NCBI GenBank assembly: GCA_024405515.1
Contig: JAKSOR010000003.1
Location: forward strand, 5,655 to 69,654
Direction: 5' to 3'
Length of the DNA: 64,000 bases
Origin: Clostridia bacterium
GTDB lineage: Bacteria > Bacillota > Clostridia > Christensenellales > CAG-917
A program made the position numbers and the translations under genes. The notes below the pieces were generated by a model. That model saw only the letters and a program-made list of their open reading frames with translations, ran no database searches and was not told where the DNA came from. Of this stretch, positions 17,888-30,348 are shown piece by piece (the first letter of the stretch is position 1; each line of letters starts with the position of its first letter).

Positions 17888-20308
17888 ATGAGAAAACGTT
17901 TACTTATATCGGTAATGATTCTGCTTATTGCAGCACTTATTTTCGGATTATGTGCATGTAATAAGAATACTGAAGAGAAACCGGGCGAAAAAGAATTCAA
18001 CGGCGGCGAGTACGAGACAGCAACATACACTGTTACATATAATGCCGGCGGCGGAACGACAAACAATGACTGGAAAGAAAGAGTTTACAATTATGGTGAA
18101 AAAGTTCTTAAGCCTACGTATACTCCTGTAAAGACAGGCTATGTTTTCCTTTACTGGTCAGTTGCCAGCAACGGGACAGAATTCAATTTTGCAACATCAT
18201 CTGTTGAATCTGATATGACGCTCTATGCTGTTTATCAGGCAGCAGTCGTAAATCACACATATGATCTTACCGCAGTTCTTAAAAAGGACGGGGAAATATA
18301 TTCGGCTGAAACCGGACAGTATACATATGGTCATATGCCTCAGGGTAACACAAAAATCCAGACACAGTACGGGAATTCATCATCAGTACTTGTAGTTCCT
18401 TATACTGATAACCCTGGACTTGTAAACGGAATTCAGGACAGATTCTGTTTCTGGTATTACTTAAAAGCAGGGAAACCGGAAAGATTTTCCACTATGGCAA
18501 CAGCAACATCCACAAGCGTAACTGTTCTAAAAGCATATAACGAAACAAACGGCATCGAACTTTATCCGATGTGGCTCTCAACACTTCCGAAAGTATCAGT
18601 AACATTTATGGACAGCCTTTCAGATGATACATACGGGACAATTGATGTCGTATATGGCGGTTCAATTGATAAATCAGACGGCCCGCTCCCTGAAAAGGCA
18701 GGTTACAAGTTTGTTTCATGGACATACACAAATACCGATGAGAAAGAAGAGGAGTTCTTCTTTGCCGATACTGATACAAATGCAACAGTTGCAAGTGAAA
18801 TGGTAGGGTTTGATTACTTTGACAAAAATGAAGTCACAGTATATGCAAACTGGAGAAAAGAGATTGTAATAAGCTCTCTTTCTTCATACAAAGCCATTTA
18901 TGACAAACTGAGAAATGAAAATCCTACAGAAGATGAACAGAAAGAGATAGATGAAATTCTTTCTGCCGAAATAGAAATCACATCCATAGATTTTGAGGGT
19001 GAGTCACTTGAGGCTTTATTTGATAAGGATCATGTATTCAAAGGCACAATTACCGGAAATAATGCGGGAAGCAAAGCAGTGCTTTCAAACGGTGCATTCT
19101 CCGGAAAAGAGAGCATATCGGTATTCGGATATGTTCAGGGAACAGTAAAGAACATCACAGTAGATGCATCCAACACATTCTCTATTTCTACTGGATATAC
19201 AGACAGAATCTATATCGGTGCAGTAGCAACACAGTTAAGTTCTTCCTCATCATCCAACAAAGGACTTATCTATACATGTGAGGCAACACTTAATATTAAT
19301 ATTGATGGTGACTACGGTGAACTCGTGATAGGCGGTATCGTAGCAGACAACAAGGGCGCGGTAAAAGAATCCATAGCAACAGTCAATATAGTAAAACTTG
19401 CCGCATCAAAGATATCGTTAGGCGGTATTGCCGGAACCTCAAACGCATCAATCGAGGGCAATACGGTAAATATTACAGTTACAGACCTTACTGCTTCAGG
19501 AGTATTAAAACTCGGCGGTATAGCAGCATCCAACTCAGGATCCATTATCAAGGGGACAGCAACTGTGAACGCTGCAAAGATCATAGCACAAAGTTCTGTT
19601 CTTTTCGGCGGTATAGCAGGTGAAAACACATCAGTAATACAGCAGAGCAGTGCAGTGGCAACTCTCGGAACAACAGATAATAAGGTGACATTCGGAGGAA
19701 CCCAGGCAGCTCCGGCATATGCAGGCGGCCTTATCGGAAGGAACAGCGGTCAGCTTGATAACTGCTTTGTAACAGTTGATTTCCACATTTTCGCAGGAAA
19801 TGACAAAGATGTGCTTATGACCGGCGGAATGGTAGGTGAAAACAAATCCACATCCGCTTCGTCTTCAGCCGGTGAAATCAATTTCGGTTATGCGGTGGGA
19901 ACAATAGATATCAAGGCTGATTCTTCGAAGAACATAACAACATATGCGGCCGGCATCATCGGAAATAACACTCAGAACAATGTTTCATGTCTCTTCTGCG
20001 TGGTTGATATAATTGCCGATAATGAAGCAGGTACCAATAACGTAGGTTATCTTGAAGCACAGGATAAATCAACTTCATCCGCAACGAGAATCTACAGGGC
20101 ATCAGAATCAGTGATTACAAAGAACGGAAACGTTGTTTCAGCGGCACCTGACATTACAGTGATCACAAATGAAAAAGATCTTGCAGAGGGCAACTTCAAA
20201 ACAAACAGCACAGGATTTATTTTCGGAACGACATCAAATGCAATGAAGTTCGATGATAAAATCTGGGAAATAGTAACAGACGGGGAAACATACCCGACAC
20301 TTAAATAG
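17888..20308 (+). CDS. surface lipoprotein with Listeria-Bacteroides (Flg_new) repeats and a GLUG-motif repeat region
   Basis: Lipobox GLCAC. YTVTYNAGGG...GYVFLYWS and GYKFVSWTY are Flg_new-type repeats. Seven or more GG(I/L/M)(A/I/V)G-type repeats (GGIAGTSN, GGIAASNSG, GGIAGENTS, GGLIGRNSG, GGMVGENKS) are typical of GLUG beta-helix regions. Confidence 0.65.
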   Translation: MRKRLLISVMILLIAALIFGLCACNKNTEEKPGEKEFNGGEYETATYTVTYNAGGGTTNNDWKERVYNYGEKVLKPTYTPVKTGYVFLYWSVASNGTEFNFATSSVESDMTLYAVYQAAVVNHTYDLTAVLKKDGEIYSAETGQYTYGHMPQGNTKIQTQYGNSSSVLVVPYTDNPGLVNGIQDRFCFWYYLKAGKPERFSTMATATSTSVTVLKAYNETNGIELYPMWLSTLPKVSVTFMDSLSDDTYGTIDVVYGGSIDKSDGPLPEKAGYKFVSWTYTNTDEKEEEFFFADTDTNATVASEMVGFDYFDKNEVTVYANWRKEIVISSLSSYKAIYDKLRNENPTEDEQKEIDEILSAEIEITSIDFEGESLEALFDKDHVFKGTITGNNAGSKAVLSNGAFSGKESISVFGYVQGTVKNITVDASNTFSISTGYTDRIYIGAVATQLSSSSSSNKGLIYTCEATLNINIDGDYGELVIGGIVADNKGAVKESIATVNIVKLAASKISLGGIAGTSNASIEGNTVNITVTDLTASGVLKLGGIAASNSGSIIKGTATVNAAKIIAQSSVLFGGIAGENTSVIQQSSAVATLGTTDNKVTFGGTQAAPAYAGGLIGRNSGQLDNCFVTVDFHIFAGNDKDVLMTGGMVGENKSTSASSSAGEINFGYAVGTIDIKADSSKNITTYAAGIIGNNTQNNVSCLFCVVDIIADNEAGTNNVGYLEAQDKSTSSATRIYRASESVITKNGNVVSAAPDITVITNEKDLAEGNFKTNSTGFIFGTTSNAMKFDDKIWEIVTDGETYPTLK

Positions 20309-20316
20309 GTGAATAT

Positions 20317-21138
20317 ATGAAATTTGATATTGAACTGGTCGGCAAAATAGGCTCCATGGCCCTTATTGACAAAGAGAACAATGATATGAATTACAATATC
20401 ATAGCAAGACTTTCAAGGGAACTGAGACCAGGTTATGTATGGGTAACATCGGGCGCTGTTGAAATCGGCAAACTTGATTACCTTAAAAGAACAGGCAAAC
20501 TGCTTGACGGCAGTGACGAGGAAAATAAGACAGACTATGCTGCCCAGGGACAGAGTGTTTTAATGCAGACATACCGTCAGTATATGGACAGCAAATACAG
20601 TTTAAGACAGATACTTGTAGAACATCAGCATTTCAATGATGAAATGAAACGCAAACACCTGATGGAACTTATTTTAAGATGCCCGGAGCAGAATGCAATT
20701 CCTATCATCAACTATAATGATGCAGTGAGCTACGAGGAAAACAGAAAACTTGAAATAAACGAAATCAAGGCAAAAGCAGGGAAGGCAATAGAGTGCGTTG
20801 ATAATGATGAGACTGCAAGTCAGATCGCATGCCTTGTCAAATGCAAGACTCTTCTGATTCTTTCTAACCAGGAAGGAATATTCTTAAACCCTGATGATCC
20901 GACATCTATTGTCAAAAATGTCGGCGGAAAAGATGTGTATGAACTTTTAGATAATATAGATGCGCTTCAGACGCATTGTAAGGGCGCTTCAAGGCCTGGT
21001 GCGCACGGAGCCTGGGCAAAACTTGAATATATTAAAGAGCCTGTAAAAAACGGCACAAGCGTAATCATTGCTTCAAGCAAGTATTCCATCAAAGATATTT
21101 TTAACGGTACTGTGCCGGCCACCAGAATAGGTCTTTAA
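20317..21138 (+). CDS. amino-acid kinase family protein, glutamate 5-kinase (ProB)-like without PUA domain
   Basis: VTSGAVEIGK, AAQGQSVLMQTY, IPIINYNDAVS and DNDETASQIACLVKCKTLLILSNQEGIF align by eye with E. coli ProB VTSGAIAAGR, AAVGQSRLIQ, VPVINENDAVA and [28 protein letters not shown]. Confidence 0.55.
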   Translation: MKFDIELVGKIGSMALIDKENNDMNYNIIARLSRELRPGYVWVTSGAVEIGKLDYLKRTGKLLDGSDEENKTDYAAQGQSVLMQTYRQYMDSKYSLRQILVEHQHFNDEMKRKHLMELILRCPEQNAIPIINYNDAVSYEENRKLEINEIKAKAGKAIECVDNDETASQIACLVKCKTLLILSNQEGIFLNPDDPTSIVKNVGGKDVYELLDNIDALQTHCKGASRPGAHGAWAKLEYIKEPVKNGTSVIIASSKYSIKDIFNGTVPATRIGL

Positions 21139-21163
21139 TAAATATTCCATTATTTATTATATT

Positions 21164-21195
21164 AAAACAGGCTGCCCGCAAGCAGCCTGTTCTTT
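21164..21195. terminator. bidirectional terminator between convergent proB-like gene and PFOR
   Basis: acaggctgc (21167-21175) pairs with gcagcctgt (21182-21190) with a 6-nt loop, flanked by aaaa and tctttatt. Confidence 0.75.
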
Positions 21196-21209
21196 ATTAA
21201 TCTTTGAGA

Positions 21210-24797
<3,588 letters not shown>

Positions 24798-24880
24798 TTA
24801 AAATACACATTAGATTTCATTATATTCTTATAAAAATATTAAGTCAATTATAATAGGCACACTAGCGCGCGTATGTATTG

Positions 24881-24909
24881 TTGCTAACAAAAATGCTGTG
24901 TGCTATAAT
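24881..24909 (+). promoter_or_regulatory. strong promoter candidate placing the TSS at the ecfA1 start codon
   Basis: TTGCTA (24881-24886), 17-nt spacer, TGcTATAAT (24901-24909). The ATG at 24916 is 7 nt after the -10 and there is no SD. Confidence 0.5.
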
Positions 24910-24915
24910 CACGGT

Positions 24916-25752
24916 ATGTCACAAATTGTCCTCAAAGGAGTAAGTTATAGTTACTCACTAGGGGAGGGCCGCAGTTTAAAAGCCCTCAAAAACCTGTCTT
25001 TTTCCATTGAGAAAGGCGAATTTGTCACACTTTTAGGAATGAACGGAAGTGGCAAAAGTACGCTGGCAAAACTTCTCAATGGTCTTTTTATACCTTCCGA
25101 GGGAGAAATCCTTATTGACGGTCTTTCCACAGCAAGTGAAAAAAATACATTTGAAATAAGAAAAAAAGTCGGGATGGTTTTCCAGAATCCGGATAATCAG
25201 ATGGTTGCTACCATAATTGAGGACGATATTGCATTCGGACCGGAGAATCTCGGACTTAAGAGAGAAGAAATAGTAAAACGAGTCGATGAGGCTCTTAAAT
25301 CTGTCGGGATGGAAGAGTTCAGGGAAAGAACCACCCAGAAACTTTCCGGCGGTCAGAAGCAGAGAATAGCCATAGCCGGTGTTCTTGCCATGAGACCGGA
25401 TGTCATAATTTTTGATGAGTCAACATCAATGCTTGATCCGAAGGGCAGGGATGAAATTATGGATATAGCAAGGAAGCTTAACAGTGAGGGAATAACCATA
25501 ATCAACATAACCCACAGCATGGAAGAGGCGGCTCTTTCGGACAGAGTGATTGTATTAAGAAAAGGAAGGATTGCAATTGACGGCAATCCGAAAGAGGTAT
25601 TCTCATCGGAGCTTGTGGATGCATGCGGACTGGTTCTTCCTCTCGTTACTGCATCATCCAAAAACCTTATTAAGTCTGGATATGATTTCGGCTGTGCGGT
25701 TACATCCGAAGATGAATTTGTGGAGGGAATATGCAAAACATTATCGAAGTAA
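24916..25752 (+). CDS. ecfA1: ECF transporter ATPase EcfA1
   Basis: Walker A GMNGSGKST, signature LSGGQKQR and Walker B IIIFDE. First gene of an ecfA1-ecfA2-ecfT-truA array. Start chosen at MSQIVLKGVSY. Confidence 0.85.
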   Translation: MSQIVLKGVSYSYSLGEGRSLKALKNLSFSIEKGEFVTLLGMNGSGKSTLAKLLNGLFIPSEGEILIDGLSTASEKNTFEIRKKVGMVFQNPDNQMVATIIEDDIAFGPENLGLKREEIVKRVDEALKSVGMEEFRERTTQKLSGGQKQRIAIAGVLAMRPDVIIFDESTSMLDPKGRDEIMDIARKLNSEGITIINITHSMEEAALSDRVIVLRKGRIAIDGNPKEVFSSELVDACGLVLPLVTASSKNLIKSGYDFGCAVTSEDEFVEGICKTLSK

Positions 25753-26603
25753 AGAATCTTACATGCATATATTCCCGAAAAACCCCTTATGAGAAGAAGG
25801 CTCTTGATGGAATAAACCTTGGAATTGAGGAAGGAAGTTTTGTCGCCCTTGTCGGCGCAACAGGTTCAGGTAAAAGCACATTTATCCAGCATCTAAACGG
25901 GTTAATTAAGGTTCAGGACAAAAAAACAATGTCTGTTTCCGTTGGTGGGAAATCCCTTTCCGATAAGAAAAATCTCAGGAATATCAGATTTGAAGTCGGC
26001 ATGGTTTTCCAGTATCCGGAATATCAGCTTTTTGAAGACACGGTTGCCAAAGATATTGCTTTCGGACCGAAGAATATGAAACTGCCGGCTGAGGAGATAG
26101 ACAAACGCGTAAGAAAGGCAATGGAAGTAGTCGGTCTTGATTATGATACATTTGCCGAAAGAAGTCCGTTTGATCTTAGCGGCGGAGAAAAAAGAAGGGC
26201 GGCAATAGCAGGCGTGATAGCAATGCAGCCGAAAGTCCTTATCCTTGATGAACCAGTGGCAGGTCTTGACCCGGCAGGAAGGGAAGAAATCCTTCTTTTA
26301 ATCAAAAAACTGCAGGAAGAAGTGTCCCCGACAGTTATTCTTGTCTCACATAATATGGATGATGTCGCCAGACTGGCCGACAGGGTGATTGCGCTTAAAG
26401 ACGGAAAGGTTGTGGCAGATGGCAGCCCTAAAGAAATTTTTGCTGACAGGGAACTTATAAAGGAGTCCGGTCTTGAGGTGCCTACCGCAACAAGAATAGC
26501 AGACAGACTGAGAGAAAGAGGGATTGATCTTTCTGAGAATATCATACTGATGAGCGAACTGGAAAAAGCTCTCGCGGAAAAACTGGAGGACAGAAATGTT
26601 TAG
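25731..26603 (+). CDS. ecfA2: ECF transporter ATPase EcfA2
   Basis: Walker A GATGSGKST, LSGGEKRR and LILDEP. Overlaps ecfA1 by 22 nt. SD ggaggga. Confidence 0.85.
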   Translation: MQNIIEVKNLTCIYSRKTPYEKKALDGINLGIEEGSFVALVGATGSGKSTFIQHLNGLIKVQDKKTMSVSVGGKSLSDKKNLRNIRFEVGMVFQYPEYQLFEDTVAKDIAFGPKNMKLPAEEIDKRVRKAMEVVGLDYDTFAERSPFDLSGGEKRRAAIAGVIAMQPKVLILDEPVAGLDPAGREEILLLIKKLQEEVSPTVILVSHNMDDVARLADRVIALKDGKVVADGSPKEIFADRELIKESGLEVPTATRIADRLRERGIDLSENIILMSELEKALAEKLEDRNV

Positions 26604-27447
26604 AGATGTTTCTTTCGGACAGTATTATCCTACAAATTCAGTTGTTCACAGACTGGATGCAAGAGTGAAACTGTTGCTTTCCCTTCTGTTTATTATAGGC
26701 ATTTTCTTTATACAGTCTTATTTCGGATTTATTCTTACCGCTGCAGTTCTTATTTTTATTGTCATCATGGCAAGACTTCCGATGGCGTCTGTAATGAAGT
26801 CAGTAAGAGGCATTCTGTTTATAGTTTTGTTTACGGCAATTCTTAATCTTTTCCTCATTAAAGAGGGCAGGGTTTTGGTCCATTGGAAAATATTCACAAT
26901 CACAGAAAACGGTGTTCATACTACCATTAAGATGACTTTAAGGCTTGTTTTGTTGATTTCTGGAGCATCATTGCTTTCACTTACAACAACTCCTGTCGCA
27001 CTTGCTGATGGGGTGGAAAGTCTTATGAAACCGCTTACTCTTATCAAGGTTCCGGTAAGGGACATTGCCATGATTATGAGTATTGCCTTAAAGTTTATCC
27101 CGACACTCTTCAGTGAGACGAGCAAGATAATTTCAGCTCAGAAAGCAAGGGGTGCATCATTTGATACCGGCAACATATTTGCTAGGGCCAAAGCACTTCT
27201 TCCGGTTCTTATCCCGTTATTTGTCAATTCATTCCGAAGAGCAGACGAACTGGCGTTTGCAATGGATGCAAGATGCTATAATGCAAGCGAAAAGAGAACA
27301 AAGATGAAAAAAGCAAAGATAGGTATCGGGGATATAATCGCCATGCTTTTCATGTGTTCATTCTTTGTTGTGATTATTCTTGAAAGATATTATTTCCCGA
27401 CAATCGGCATAAATATGGATCAGCTTATATTCGGAGGTCTTGTATGA
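26596..27447 (+). CDS. ecfT: ECF transporter transmembrane component EcfT
   Basis: 283-aa polytopic membrane protein with the ARG..F and R..ELA.AMD.R coupling-helix motifs (AQKARGASFD, RRADELAFAMDARCY). Confidence 0.85.
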   Translation: MFRDVSFGQYYPTNSVVHRLDARVKLLLSLLFIIGIFFIQSYFGFILTAAVLIFIVIMARLPMASVMKSVRGILFIVLFTAILNLFLIKEGRVLVHWKIFTITENGVHTTIKMTLRLVLLISGASLLSLTTTPVALADGVESLMKPLTLIKVPVRDIAMIMSIALKFIPTLFSETSKIISAQKARGASFDTGNIFARAKALLPVLIPLFVNSFRRADELAFAMDARCYNASEKRTKMKKAKIGIGDIIAMLFMCSFFVVIILERYYFPTIGINMDQLIFGGLV

Positions 27448-28244
27448 GATATAGGGCAGTCATTTCATATTATGGTGAGAATTATGTAGGCTGGCAGAAG
27501 CAGCTTAACGGTCTCAGTGTTCAGGAAGTGATGGAAAAGGCACTGACTTCTGTTTTCGGTAAAGAAACTGAGTGTACTGCAAGCGGAAGAACGGATGCCG
27601 GTGTCCATGCTGAAGGTCAGGTAATACATTTTGATGCCGAGACTTCCATTCCTACGGACAAGATTCCTTTTGCTGTAAACACGTGTCTTCCTGATGATGT
27701 GGCTATGCTGTACTGCGAAGAGACGGATGCCGACTTCAATGCAAGATTTGCTGCTAAAAGGAAAACATACTGCTATAAAATCTATATTTCACAGCATCGT
27801 CGTCCGATGATGGAAAAAACACACGAGCATATAGTTGTCCCGCTTGATCTTAATGCAATAAAAGAGGCAGCATCATATATAGAAGGCGAACACGATTTCA
27901 AATGCTTTGAAGCATCCGGAAGTTCAATTAAAAACACAGTAAGAACAGTGTACGGAATCGATATTAAAACCACTCCGCTCCCGGGAGTACTTTCACTTAA
28001 GGGTGAAACAGCCTCCGGCAATCCGGACGGGAATATGGTATTTGACTCAGAACTCACAATAAGTGTTACCGGAAACGGGTTCCTCTATAACATGGTCAGA
28101 ATCATTGCAGGGACTCTTGTATATGTAGGTCTCCATAAACTTACACCGGAGGATGTTAAAAACATCCTTGACAGCGGAGACAGGACAAAAGCGGGTAAAA
28201 CTCTTGCCGCAAAAGGTCTTCATCTTATTTCAGTAATTTATTAA
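27444..28244 (+). CDS. truA: tRNA pseudouridine(38-40) synthase TruA
   Basis: YYGENYVGWQKQ and the catalytic ASGRTDAGVHA. ATGA overlap with ecfT, the conserved Firmicute arrangement. Confidence 0.9.
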   Translation: MRYRAVISYYGENYVGWQKQLNGLSVQEVMEKALTSVFGKETECTASGRTDAGVHAEGQVIHFDAETSIPTDKIPFAVNTCLPDDVAMLYCEETDADFNARFAAKRKTYCYKIYISQHRRPMMEKTHEHIVVPLDLNAIKEAASYIEGEHDFKCFEASGSSIKNTVRTVYGIDIKTTPLPGVLSLKGETASGNPDGNMVFDSELTISVTGNGFLYNMVRIIAGTLVYVGLHKLTPEDVKNILDSGDRTKAGKTLAAKGLHLISVIY

Positions 28245-28248
28245 AATC

Positions 28249-28272
28249 TGCCACTTATAAGTGGCAATTTTT
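28249..28272 (+). terminator. intrinsic terminator after truA
   Basis: tgccac (28249-28254) pairs with gtggca (28261-28266) with loop ttataa, followed by atttttc. Confidence 0.6.
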
Positions 28273-28318
28273 CTGTCAGGTTGACATAATATAAAATTAG
28301 TTTTATATTATTTATACT

Positions 28319-28699
28319 ATGCTGACCGTACGTTTTGAGAACAATTTGGACTGTAAAGAAATTTATAAGATTCTCGGTGTTTCAGATGAGGTGTCCGGAA
28401 CCAATTTTTTCATGTACGATGAAAACAATCCGGTGGCTCTTTTCAGAATGCATTTCGTAACAGAGGGTGAAATTGTCGGGATAATAGACAAAATCCATTT
28501 TCTTGACAGTGTTGAGGAAGGAGACAGAGTATTTTTCAAGCATGCCATATTTTTCAAACTTATAGAAGGTGCTCCGGTAAAATTAAGGATTATCGGAATA
28601 GACAGAGAGTTCGAAAAATACGGATTCAAGGAAGTAAACGGCAACATGGAAATTAATACGAAAGATATAAATTTGCACTATATGTGCGGTAAAAAATAA
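28319..28699 (+). CDS. hypothetical protein (126 aa), possibly a degenerate GNAT-like fold
   Basis: Uninterrupted ORF in AT-rich DNA that ends 2 nt before the glnS ORF. C-terminal [12 protein letters not shown] resembles a GNAT C-terminus, but the acetyl-CoA motif (Q/RxxGxG/A) is absent. No SD. Confidence 0.4.
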   Translation: MLTVRFENNLDCKEIYKILGVSDEVSGTNFFMYDENNPVALFRMHFVTEGEIVGIIDKIHFLDSVEEGDRVFFKHAIFFKLIEGAPVKLRIIGIDREFEKYGFKEVNGNMEINTKDINLHYMCGKK

Positions 28700-28701
28700 G
28701 G

Positions 28702-30330
28702 ATGACTATGGAAGACAATTCAAAAAATTTTATTGAAGAGATCATTGACGAAGAATTATCAGAAGGCAAAGTAAGTACTATCGTTACCCGTTTCCCTCCT
28801 GAACCAAACGGTTATCTCCATATCGGACATGCAAAAGCGTTATGCATAAACTTCGGTATGAAAGAAAAGTACAAAGGCAGATGCAACTTAAGATTTGATG
28901 ATACAAATCCGGCAAAAGAAGATGTCGAATATATGGAAAGCATCAAAGCAGATATTAAGTGGCTCGGTTTTGACTGGGATGAACTGCATAATGCATCGGA
29001 TTATTTCCCGAAAATGTATGAGTGTGCAGTCAAACTCATAAAAGACGGTAAGGCATATGTATGTGACCTCTCCGCTGAAGAAATCAGCCAGACAAGAGGT
29101 TCTTTCGGAGTCCCGGGCAAGGAAAGTCCATACAGAAACAGAAGTATTGAGGAAAACCTTGACCTCTTTGAGAGAATGAAAAAAGGTGAATTTGAGGATG
29201 GAGAGAAAGTTCTTCGTGCAAAAATTGATATGGCATCACCTAATATCAATATGAGAGACCCTGTTATCTACAGAATCTGCCATGCAACACATCCTCATAC
29301 AGGTGACCAGTGGGTTATTTATCCTATGTACGATTTTGCTCATCCTATTGAGGATGCAATCGAAGGTATCACACACTCACTCTGCTCCCTTGAGTTTGAG
29401 AATCACAGACCATTATATGACTGGGTAACAGTCAACTGCGGCTTTGATCCGAGACCGAGACAGATTGAGTTCGCAAGACTTAATCTCACGCATACAGTAA
29501 TGAGCAAACGTTTTATCAAGCGTCTTGTTGATGAAGGTATTGTATGGGGATGGGATGACCCTAGACTTTCAACACTTTCAGGTATCAGGGAAAGAGGATA
29601 TACACCTGAGGCAATCAAAGATTTCTGTTCAAGAATTGGTATAGCAAAGGCAGACAGTGAAGTCGATATCGCAGTTCTTGAGCACTGCGTAAGAGAAGAC
29701 CTCAACAACAATGCAACAAGAGCAATGGTTGTAACAAAACCTCTTAAACTTGTTGTGGACAATTATCCGGAAGGGAAAACTGAAGAAGTTGAGATAGATA
29801 ATAATCCTCAGAAAGAAGGAAGCGGCACACATAAGACAACTTTCTCAAAAGAACTTTATATTGAGCAGGAAGATTTTTCATTAGATCCGCCTCCGAAATA
29901 TTTCCGTCTCAAACCGGATGGAATAGTAAGACTCAAAGGGGCATACATCGTTAAATATGTTTCCTGTGAACTTGATAAGGACGGAAATCCTGAAACGGTT
30001 CATGTTGAATATATTCCTGGGACAAAATCCGGTGAGGAAGGTGCAAACATGAAAGTCAAAGGCACAATTCACTGGGTAAACGCAAACGACTGTGATGATG
30101 TCAGAATCAATATGTTTGATTATCTTATCAGTGACGGAGACGGAGACTATATGGACAGAGTAAACAGAAACTCCCTTACTGTTTTAAACGGAAAAGCAGA
30201 AAAATTTGTTACTGCAGCTCCTGTACATACAAGATTCCAGTTCCTCAGAGAGGGATATTTCATTAAACGTAATGAAGAAAACGAATTCAACAGCATTGTA
30301 GGACTGAAAGACAGTTACAAACCACAATAA
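28702..30330 (+). CDS. glnS: glutamine--tRNA ligase
   Basis: [17 protein letters not shown] (HIGH) and VMSKR (KMSKS). 542 aa. The second ATG at 28708 has better spacing to the taagga SD and may be the true start. Confidence 0.92.
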   Translation: MTMEDNSKNFIEEIIDEELSEGKVSTIVTRFPPEPNGYLHIGHAKALCINFGMKEKYKGRCNLRFDDTNPAKEDVEYMESIKADIKWLGFDWDELHNASDYFPKMYECAVKLIKDGKAYVCDLSAEEISQTRGSFGVPGKESPYRNRSIEENLDLFERMKKGEFEDGEKVLRAKIDMASPNINMRDPVIYRICHATHPHTGDQWVIYPMYDFAHPIEDAIEGITHSLCSLEFENHRPLYDWVTVNCGFDPRPRQIEFARLNLTHTVMSKRFIKRLVDEGIVWGWDDPRLSTLSGIRERGYTPEAIKDFCSRIGIAKADSEVDIAVLEHCVREDLNNNATRAMVVTKPLKLVVDNYPEGKTEEVEIDNNPQKEGSGTHKTTFSKELYIEQEDFSLDPPPKYFRLKPDGIVRLKGAYIVKYVSCELDKDGNPETVHVEYIPGTKSGEEGANMKVKGTIHWVNANDCDDVRINMFDYLISDGDGDYMDRVNRNSLTVLNGKAEKFVTAAPVHTRFQFLREGYFIKRNEENEFNSIVGLKDSYKPQ

Positions 30331-30348
30331 ATAGAAAAGGAAAGAGAT

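Noticed and set aside
28245-28701. Possible T-box leader in front of glnS in place of the 126-aa ORF.
   Set aside because: I found no AGAGA / GNUGGNA / conserved T-box 14-mer-like sequence and no terminator/antiterminator pair. The region is one uninterrupted 126-codon frame in AT-rich DNA, which favours coding.
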